From NCBI GenBank assembly GCA_907165135.1, contig OU015569.1:5890001-5954000 (forward strand): DNA of 64,000 nt, in the 5' to 3' direction. Every line of letters begins with the position of its first letter. Position 1 is the first letter of the stretch. The position numbers were made by a program, and so were the translations under genes. Shown here piece after piece: positions 54,638 through 64,000 of the stretch. Origin of the DNA: Oikopleura dioica. Its lineage: Eukaryota > Animalia > Chordata. The notes below the pieces were generated by a model, which did no database searches, was not told where the DNA came from, and saw only the letters and a list, made by a program, of their open reading frames with translations.

Positions 54638-54828
54638 ATTTGGCTGAAGAGCGATGAACACGACCCTTTGACCGTCTTTGTAAATTTCTTCTTATTCGTA
54701 AAATGATAAATACACGTTTATGCACATAAATCAATTTGTTCTTTTCTTAACGCGGTATTTGTGTTCTGGGAGCGGCCCTGGTGATTGACCTCGGATTCAG
54801 CTCTAGAACGTGTTCAAAAAAAGAGAAA

Positions 54829-57220
54829 ATGAAACTATACTTAGCGCTGTGTGCGCTTTCAGACACTATTCTAGCTCAAAGTTGTCCTGGAGGCTACTTT
54901 TGTATAGGAGGAACTGCACAGGCTTGTTCGAAAGGTTTTTATAGAGGACCAAATGATCAGCAGAATAAATGTCTATTGTGTCCCCCTGGAACTTATTGCC
55001 CTAACACAGCCACTGTTTATCCGCTTACGTGAAGGGATGATAAAAACACTCTCTGTAAGATGAGTTTGACGAGCTTTGAATCCCACTAAAGTGTCCTGGA
55101 GGCTATTACTGCTTCGAGCAAACAATAATTCCGCTTCCCTGTTCAAAGGTTTGATTATCACTTGATCCAGCTACAAACAAGTGTTTAGGGAAATTATTGT
55201 CCGGAAGGATTTTGGAGGGAATTTCCTTGTATCCCTGGAACATATGCAGATCAGGAAATCATGGCATCGTGCAAGAGCTGCCCTAGAGGAAGCTTTTGCC
55301 CCCTCGAAGGTTTGTTTTAAAAGCAAACTAACTTGTCAATTAAAGTTTATCAAAGGACAAGTTAATCCAGTTCAATGTCAAGCTGGATTTGTGAGCGAGC
55401 AAGGGTCAACTTCTTGTTCCAAATGTCCGGACGGTCATAAATGCGCAAATGGAATTGATTCAGGAGTTTGCCCGGCTGGGGGATTCTGTGATCAGAACGG
55501 AAGATATACTTCTTGTCCAGGAAATAGTTTAAATCGTGCTATATCTAGTTCTATTTCATCAAACTTTCAAACTCTTCAGCGGGAACATACAATCCGAACA
55601 CGTCTGCAAGTTCTTCTTCTTACTGTATTATTTGTCAAAAAGGGTAAGCATTGTATTAGCCATATATCATGAAAAAGGCAGAGAGTAAGCAGAGAATTGA
55701 GACGAAAACAACAGTTCCCAAAAGCCACTGAAACTCTGGTTCTAAAATCTCGAAATTTTTATAGTTAGAAACTCTTGAACCAGTGCCCAAAGCCAGAATT
55801 GAAAGAGTCCTTTCATCGGCAAATCGTACATCAAGTTTTCGCTTTCCACGTTTTCAACATATCGGACCTGTTCTTCGAATGTTTCGTTGAATTCGAACCT
55901 TGAAAATGTTGATTTACGCAACGAAAAAACAAACTATAGGGCTAATGCTGGTGTTTCTGGTTGATTGACGACCGCTAAGTCTCAACGATAGCCCTCTTCA
56001 CCTTTGAATCACGTCGCTGAGTGCACCTGTAATGAGTTGTACTCTTTGATATTCTGATTAAATTTGGTTAAACATGAGTATCTCTCTCTTTTTTGTAACC
56101 CTTAGCGGAAAGCTGTAAAACTAAGATCATCATAGTAATGCTTTTTAGATGGGTTGATATCTTCAAAATTCGTATGTTCCTCTTAGTTATCAACCCCCAC
56201 TGGACAGGACAGCGCTTCCCATTTTTTTCTTCTTTCTCTTATTGATTCTACTTGAAAATAATAATGAAACTGCTTTCGATATAAAATATTGCGAGTGATG
56301 GCACTTTTTCGGGATTTAAATCTGAGCAGGGGCAGTTAACAGTTCGTAGAAACTGTTCCGGGGCCTCATAAAGCATTTCCTCAATTGCCCTTTTCTAGTT
56401 TCGCTAATTTCAGAACTTACTGCCGAGCTGGCTCAATTTCACCTACTTCATGTCGAGAAGGATCTTATCAGCCGAAACTCGGTCAATCGCGATCGTATGC
56501 TTGCAAAAACTGTCCAGCTGGCAGTTATTGCCCAAGAAGTGGTTTGGCAAGTGCAATTCCCTGTCCTGATGGTTTTGTATGTCCAAGCGGAACAGTAGAT
56601 CTGGGCCAAGCAAAAAGACAATGCCCAAGAGGATACTTCTGCAGAGGAGGGAGAAAAAAGTCGAAATGTCCGAAAGGCTCTTATCAGGAACCAGTTTGAT
56701 AAATTTTCGAGCGAATAAAATACAGATTTTCAAAACTTAATGAAAGGATGAGCAAGCACAAAGTTCCTGTAAAAACTGCCCAGTCGGGCGTTTTTGTCCG
56801 AAAGCATCCGTTGACCCTGTTAGTTGCCCAAAAGGAACGTTTTCGAATTCGTTGAACTTAACGTCGATTCATGACTGTCAATGGTGCCCAAAAGGAAAGT
56901 ACTGTCTCGGACGAGGCTTGAACAAGCCAACTGGGAACTGCCAGCAAGGCTTTTTTTGTCCTGGGAAGAGTTTTTTACCGTCTAGTAGACTCTGTCCAGG
57001 TAACAAGTTAACTTGAGTTTTGGGTTTTTAAATTTTTCTAGCTGGTCATTACTGTCCGACAGGAACAAAACTACCTATACAGTGTCCGCGAGGAACCTAC
57101 AACAGGAAAACAGGTGAAAAAAGTATCTCCTCCTGTCTGAAATGCGCTGACGATTTATACTGCAACGAGCGTGCTCGTGTCCGGCCAACTTACAGGCAGG
57201 AGCTTTTAGATTTCAACTAA
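54829..57220 (+). CDS. Secreted Cys-rich tandem-repeat protein (CPxGxYC / GCC2-GCC3, ephrin-receptor-like repeats)
   Basis: Signal peptide MKLYLALCALSDTILA, then many CPxGxYCP/CxxGTY repeats over several exons; no TM segment seen. Confidence 0.75.
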
Positions 57221-57902
57221 TTATTGCCTCTTTCTGCGGAAATATTTTCGTGAGATTTCAAAAAGTCCTGAAAAGTATATGGTCGACGTTCAGAAGAGCA
57301 GCAAATTATCCCTTTCCCGAAACATATCCCTGGCCGAATTAGATTTTCACATTTTATTTTTATCGAAGACAGGAAATAAATTCAAAATACAAAATGTCTG
57401 TCTTCTTTGAGACTCTTTAGTTCACCGGAGGCAGTAGTAGTTGTGTCTTGAGAATGGCGCTACTCTAGCTCTAGGAAGCCGAATAAAAGGAGATTCCGGA
57501 ATGAGGCAGAAAAGGTAAACTAGTTTTACATAGATGGTATTGATTCGTTTGTAAAATTGGAGAATCTTTTGTCCCCCATTTCACTGTCGACATGTAAAGA
57601 GATTGAAAGAGATTAACTTGATATAATTAGTGTTGTAGATTTAGGTTAAGGCTGCGTCTAAGCACTCCAATAAGTGAAGTCCTGGCACTTCCTTAACCTA
57701 CTGCTACAGCATTCTAATCGACAAAAAAAGAAGATAAATTATCTTCGATAATTTTAAAAACGCGGATTTCACCGTAGGTTTCGCGAAGAGCGACTCCGCA
57801 ATAACTCTTAGATTCGCTCTTTGAGAAGCTTATTTTGATTCCCGCCTGTTCGGCATTTGTGAATTATAGAATTTATTACAGTCAGTATCTATACCAATAG
57901 AT

Positions 57903-60378
57903 TTATCTGTTTGCATATAGATCTAGACCATCCCAGAAGTCGCAAGTTTCAGTTTTGAATCCACTTTCGCTGCGCGTAACCAATCGTTCATTGTTAGGGG
58001 TGAGCTCGTTGTATCCAAAGTGCATATACGTATTTCCGTCATTGAAGCTCTTCCATTCTGGCAGATCTGGGTCAGAATCGTAAATATCCTAAAACTTGCG
58101 TTAGTCTGTTTCTTTCTACTCAACATTTTACTTGGATTATTTTCGGGTACCAAGCACCGCTTTGATCGTTAGGGTCGCCGTTTCGAACAAAATTTCCCCA
58201 ATATCGATGCATGTATCTTTCCATGAGTTTGTATTCTTTGAATGGCATTGTTCCAAATGGGTTTCCATCCGAATCGCACTGCATGAATTCACTATTTTCC
58301 GCATTGATCTAATATAATTATTTGTCGTCAAAGCATGTTCCCACAAGAAAGGACTTACATAAGTACAGTTCAGGCTTTCTTCAGCTTCGAATGTATATTG
58401 CAAGTCGGCAGCATGGCAGGAGACGATGTGGCACCTTTTAATGTCAGATCAAACATGAAGTATGGTGAAATGATGTACCTATCATAGGTTCTGAAACCAC
58501 CATGTGGAAAATGGGCAAAGTCAATAGGCATTCCAGCACGGAAGTGATATGCGTACAGATTTTTGGCATTGTGTTCTTTATAAAACTTGCGCAGTGGGCA
58601 TGTGAAAACCCAGTCGGTTGCCGGCTCTTCAATGACATCACGATCATCATGTTTTGGGCCTTTTTGCAGACAGGGCTACACATACTCTTAGTGAAAATGT
58701 ATTCGATATTGATTTACCGCGTCAGAGATGCCGTTGCAAACTCCTTCAATGAGAGATAGAGCAGGTGCGCCAGCAACACCCTCGCAAATGCCAAGAGCCC
58801 CACAGAGACTATCGATGCATTCCTTTGGATTAAAATCTGATGTTGTATTTCCCCATTTAGGATCATTCGGATCATAACCTGGTGTGTTACAGATTACGTC
58901 GTATCGATCCATAATCTTGTCAAATTTTTCTTGGTCATGAACAATAGCTCGAACTCCAGCAGTTGCCTCGGCACCGCTGATAGGACTTCCCCAAACAGAT
59001 CTTACGTATATTTCCGTTTCGTGCTCCACGGACCCAGCCATGATATTGATGTTCTTGTTGTATTTTCCCTCGACGAGATCCCAAAAGGGCTGTCTGTGCA
59101 TGATACTATTGTCAACCATGGGCAAAAACTTCATAGCAAGAGTAAAAAGTCGATCGGGATTGACTAACTGTGGCATTTGGCGACGAACTCGCATCACAGC
59201 ATCCTTATCTAGTGCACGAAGACATGCATTTCTATCTTCAGGTGATGTTATCTGATCATTGATGCAGCCAGCAGTGTCGGCGAATTGCCAAGCTTGCTTT
59301 TGTCCTTCCCAATTTTCTTTCATCGGGATCGCGAGGGGATTCGAATGTGATACAACACTATTTATCATGTCACTTGAGTGAAGCAAGTGCAAGAGTGTGC
59401 TGACCCCGCCTGCTGATTGTCCAAAAATCATGATTTTTTCCGGGTCTCCTCCGAACGCATCAATGTGTTCCCTGACCCACCGAATCGACTCTTGCTGATC
59501 CAAGAATCCCCAATTAGCATTAGTAGTCTCACCCTCTTCTGTCTTCTCCAACGCCATGAAGCCAAAAGGACCAAGTCTGTAGTTGACGGTAACGACGACC
59601 ATGTCCATCATTGGCGCCACAAATCTTGCATCGTAAAGTGGATTTCCTCCTGCTCCACCTGCAAAGGCTCCACCGTGGAACCAAATGGCCACAGGTATTT
59701 TACGCCCCTTTTCGAAAGATTCTTTTGAGACGAAAATGTTCAAGAAGAGACAGTCTTCTTTACTGATGGGAGCGTAGCTGCTATCACCTGTTAAAAGTTC
59801 AAAAATAGTTTAACGGAAAAATGAAAATGAATTACACCAATAAACTTAGAAAAATTTTTGAACCCAACCTTGTGCACAAAACGGTGCGTAATACCTAGCA
59901 TTGTGATATCCCCATGTCTTAATGGGGCGCGGGCTTTTCCATCTGTACTCACCCTCTGGCGGTAATGCGTATGGAATGCCTTTAAATACTATACTATAGT
60001 GCTCATTGTTCACAAGTCGTGCTGGATCGCCAAGACCAGGATCGTCGTCACCCTCTTCGAACCAGGTGTAACCACGAATGTAGCCCCCTTTTGTTAAAAT
60101 GTCGACAGAGTTCTTCGTTGGCGGAGGAGTCGTTGGAGTTGGAGTCGTTGTTGTTGTTGGAGTAGTCGTTGTAGTTTGAGTCGTCGTTGAAATTGGCGAC
60201 GTGGTTGTTGTGGTCTCATCTTTATCGCATGATTCTCTTGTCAAGCCGAATCCGAGACCAAAACCAAGGCCAGCTATCGTTGTTCCAATGCATAGACCAA
60301 TGATAAGGTTCTTCCACTAAAACAATTATTATCTCTGCTTTTTTCGTACTTTTGTACTTTTTTCCAGAATGATCCCAT
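57903..60378 (-). CDS. Type-B carboxylesterase with N-terminal signal anchor and Thr-rich stalk
   Basis: MGSFWKK|WKNLIIGLCIGTTIAGLGFGLGFGL; FKGIPYALPP; EDCLFLNI; HGGAF; NYRLGPFGF; GQSAG nucleophile; GSVEHE acid; CHAADL His; YWGNFVRNGDPN. Confidence 0.88.
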
Positions 60379-60609
60379 TTTAGCTCGTCGAGAACTTCTG
60401 CTCTTGGCGGACTGACAAAGTCTTTTTGGAACTGCATGTTCTTCCAGTGCCACGCCCTGATTTTTGAACTTTTCATAGAAGGTTATTGCATGAAGATAAA
60501 TCTCAACCGGACATCGATTCTGCAAATGCTAAGAGATTTTAGGAATGTGTACTCGGTAATGTTTATTGACAGTAAAGTAAAAGAATTTACAGTGTTTCTG
60601 GCTGTGGCG

Positions 60610-63034
60610 TCAAAGAGTGTATTCAGTCATGAGACTGTGTGTTCGCTCGTGTTCCTCCCATGGAAGATTGTCGCAAGTGTCAGGTTTGTTGGAGATGCCA
60701 TCAACGTAGCCAAGTTGGCCAACGACTTGCATGATCCTATAAATGAGCATAAATTTAAGACAACCATTTTAAGCATTGTGAAAGTTCAAAGCTACCTGTA
60801 CTGCTCGGAATTAGTCAAAATCAAGGAAGAAGGTTCCCTCATTGATTCCAAATACTTAGAGACACCCTTTGAAAGATATCGTTGATGAACTCTATCGGCT
60901 TCCAATACGGCCAAGCAGTGTTGTAGTGCCCAACAGCCCCAGTTTGAAACACCGCTGTAATTACAATTTAAAACATGTCTTTTATAAGAATTCATCACCA
61001 TGAAAGAAGCCACATGGTGGAAGCGGAAGCAGCAATCATGTCTCCATTGTGAATTGAGCCGATAACTTCGTCATGCACTTTGCCCATGCCAAGCTCGTTT
61101 CCTCCGTCGCCGATAGCGATCGTAGGGATATTGAGGTCCAGCGCGCGGTACCAGAGATCTAAAATACAGCTAGTTTAACAATAAAATGTTTAACAATAAA
61201 TAATCAGGCAATATCTACTGCACTGGCATTACCTTCAACTCTATCAATAGAGGCAGTCGGCATGGTTTCTCCGCTCATTTTGTGGCACTTGCCATCGTCC
61301 CCTGCTCCAGCACGTTCGCAGGCGACGAAACAATCAAACTCCCCTTGTTCGAGCAGCTTCATTGTAGTGTACAAACTCTCGTCCTTTGGAACAAGAATCT
61401 CCGGCAGTGGTCTTCGGATCAGGTCCTGCTCCGCCAGTTCATCGAGCAGAATAGTGAACTTGCCTACTTGCTGCTCATCCAAAAGGAATGTGACCTTTTT
61501 ACCGAGACGAAGAAGAGTTACACACAATGCTGTTTTTGCGGTTTTAAGACATAGACAATTATTAATTTAGATAAGAACTTGTGAGAGTCTGACTTAAAAA
61601 CCAATTTCCTGCTACGCCAATAGGCCCATCATTTTCATACGGGAACTTGCCTGGGTTGCATGGGAAACCCGTCGTGATAAGGACAGATTTTGCATGAGAA
61701 AGTGCGAGCGAGGCTCCTTGCAGGTCCCCGGGTTGAATTAAATGTTGGATGCCACGAAGTCCAGGATCTCGGCACATGGCCGCTTCGACCATTTCCATCT
61801 TCTCGCTAGACTCGGCGGTCAGAAGTGAATAGTGTCCTTCCATCGGGTTGTATTCCACGACGTTGAGCTCCACATTTTCTCGGGCAGAGAGACCCTGAAC
61901 ATTATTTTATCGTATGCTTCGCTTATTTCGGTTTTACCTCATCGATAACAAGCATACTGCCCGGGGCGTGAGTAGCGGCCAACGGAAGTTTTGCAAAGTT
62001 TAACGCGCTTCCTGCTGAGACGCCGCAAGCCCAAAAACATGGAACGTCGCCATCTTTCGCGAAAACAGAATCTCCATAGTCTGGTTCCTCAATATTAGAA
62101 ATGCCAATTGCTTTTGGCGAGCCTATCCAAATCGGGGCGCCATGGGACTCTGGAATGGGCGAGGTGCAAGAGGCAGCAAGGGCGAGTTTTTCTTTTGGAA
62201 TGTATCGCATGGAAACAACCATTGGACCTCCGAATGGACCGCAGGGAGTCATTTCTACATTTGTCCGGTACATGGAAACATTACGCTTTTGTTCGACGTT
62301 ACGCACTAGAAATTCTTTGAAAAAAAGATCGATCGGGTTTCATTTTACCTGGGACGCCATTTCGCTGGAGGGCATATTCAAATCCAAATGAACAGCCGAG
62401 AAAAAATGGTCGTAGATTTTCATATCTCGCGGGAGGGAGCAGGTACTTTTGGACGGCGCCACGGGAACCATCCGTATACACTTCATAGCCTGGAACATCT
62501 GTTCTTGCGTCACAAAAATCCGAAGTAAGGGGCTCTGCGTTGAAATCGCCCTTTTCTTTCGACTTGTGGAGAAGAGGAAGAGGCCCGGGATTGTTTTCGC
62601 AGAACTCGACGAAATCATTGAAATGCTCGTCCGGGATGAAAGCCAAATTGGCCTGCTGATAGCCAGGGCAGAGGCCAGAAGTTGGTTTGAATTTGAACTG
62701 ACCGCATCGAACTGCTTGCCGCAGATCTAATATTTTTATAAGATAACATTTTCATGGGGGTCTATTAAAAAATCGCATAACTAAAATTGATACCTGACGG
62801 AGTCTCGAATGACATTCCAGGTCCTGCCTCTGGTTTGAGCCCTACGTCATCGTTTTCTGCTTGCTCTTCGTCCACCCGTTTGAATTTCTCGTCTTTGTTT
62901 ACTTTTCTTACCTTGATCGTCATGTCCTCCATATCAACGTACTGCTCTGAGAAGCGGCTTTTCCTCGAAAAATTCGATGAAATTTTCAGCTCTCGAGTTC
63001 CCAAACGCGGGAAACGCCTCATAAAGCTCAACAT
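60610..63034 (-). CDS. DGLUCY: Mitochondrial D-glutamate cyclase (C14orf159 ortholog)
   Basis: Transit-like MLSFMRRFPRL..; TSGLCPGYQQANL, FCENNPGPLPLL, LGCSFGFE, RNVSMYRTN, HGAPIWIG, PCFWACGV, THAPGSM, TTGFP..ENDGPIG and IGDGGNELGMG. Confidence 0.88.
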
Positions 63035-63103
63035 CAAACAAGCTTGATGGGAGGGGCTCTCTGAAAAACAAAACTCGGAATCCACAAAACAATCCGCTAA
63101 ATT

Positions 63104-63506
63104 TCAAAAAGAAAAAAAAGCATCGCAAATAGTGAAAATAGCCGTTCCTTCATCGTCGGCCAAGCGGATTTCTTGTTGGCTGTTTTGGAACTCGCTCTGG
63201 TCGGAAACGTAGAGGTCTGTGGTTGGCTTACAAAACAATTCTAGCGAGAGAGAATTGTCGAAAAATTTTAGTTCAGAAAATATACTTTTTTATCAAAATA
63301 TCATCTGTGTATTAATTGAAAATCACGGTATATATAATACGGTATTGATTGACTCCAAATTTGATAAAGTGATCATCAATGAATGATGTGAATCTAAGCC
63401 TTTCTTTTTCGGTACTTTCTCTCTCCTTCAAGGTCTGTGCGATTTGCGCCTTGAGTTCCTCCACAGTCGGCGCGTTCTCATCCTCAATTTCTTCGATAAA
63501 AACCAT
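63104..63506 (-). CDS. Possible small two-exon gene (~100 aa) 70 nt upstream of DGLUCY
   Basis: MVFIEEIEDEN..QY|GT-AG intron 63340-63241|QLFCKPTT..CDAFFSF*; frame-consistent splice, no known domain; may have further 5' exons. Confidence 0.35.
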
Positions 63507-64000
63507 TTTTCTTTGCCTGGTGTTTTTCGGGTGTTCAAAAAAGTTTGAAATTTTCCCGCTTTTCTAGGATGGGACGGTAGGAGTTAACACCCATGCCGCA
63601 GCTGATAAAAATTGCATAATGGCCAATCAAGCGTCACTGGGACAGTCAGTACTCACACAGCGGGAAGTGTACAGTCCCTTGCGCCGACAAGCTTTCCAGT
63701 GAGTCATTCCGGGCGCTGCCATTCCTATCGCTTCGATGGAGATTTTTCTTTAGGACGATAAAAATATATTTCTTGAGAAATTACAAAATAGCGTGTTTTG
63801 ACCCTTCTTGTTTCAAGCTTTTCGAGTACTATCAGTGCTCAACTATGCTTCATAATATACCAATAGAAAGCTTAGAGCCTCTTCTAGGGGGATTTGAATT
63901 CAAAAAGAGAAATAACGGACCCGAAAAATTATTTTGATACAACTTAGGTACTTAACTTTGACGGTGATTAAAGGGTACTTCCGGCTTCATTTGTTAGTTA

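Overview
Nuclear DNA of a very compact invertebrate-chordate genome, most likely the larvacean Oikopleura dioica or a close relative. This is inferred from the dense genes, many 30-50 nt introns, GA-AG/GG-AG splice donors and an Oikopleura-type ATATGG palindrome. About 20 protein-coding loci were reconstructed by eye across introns, so boundaries are approximate. Recognisable genes: SCO-spondin (5' end), an SH3BGRL-like protein, PDE1, the mitochondrial citrate carrier SLC25A1, a divergent homeobox gene, MFSD12, PDIA3/ERp57-like, an aminopeptidase A-like M1 peptidase, G-alpha-i, a trefoil-sushi-trypsin protease, a Cys-rich repeat protein, a type-B carboxylesterase, D-glutamate cyclase and one tRNA-Lys(CUU). 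Most notable structures: (1) a 1010-bp non-autonomous TIR element with a 9-bp target-site duplication that sits in, and duplicates, a 5' splice site of the aminopeptidase gene; (2) two tandem 129-nt paralogous exons encoding the switch-I region of G-alpha-i, probably mutually exclusive; (3) a tandem pair of intronless orphan genes sharing an unrecognised ~126-aa domain; (4) a 6-Cys secreted peptide precursor and a modular secreted Tyr/Lys/Thr/Gln-heptad protein; (5) duplicated alternative first exons in SH3BGRL. No database searches were run.
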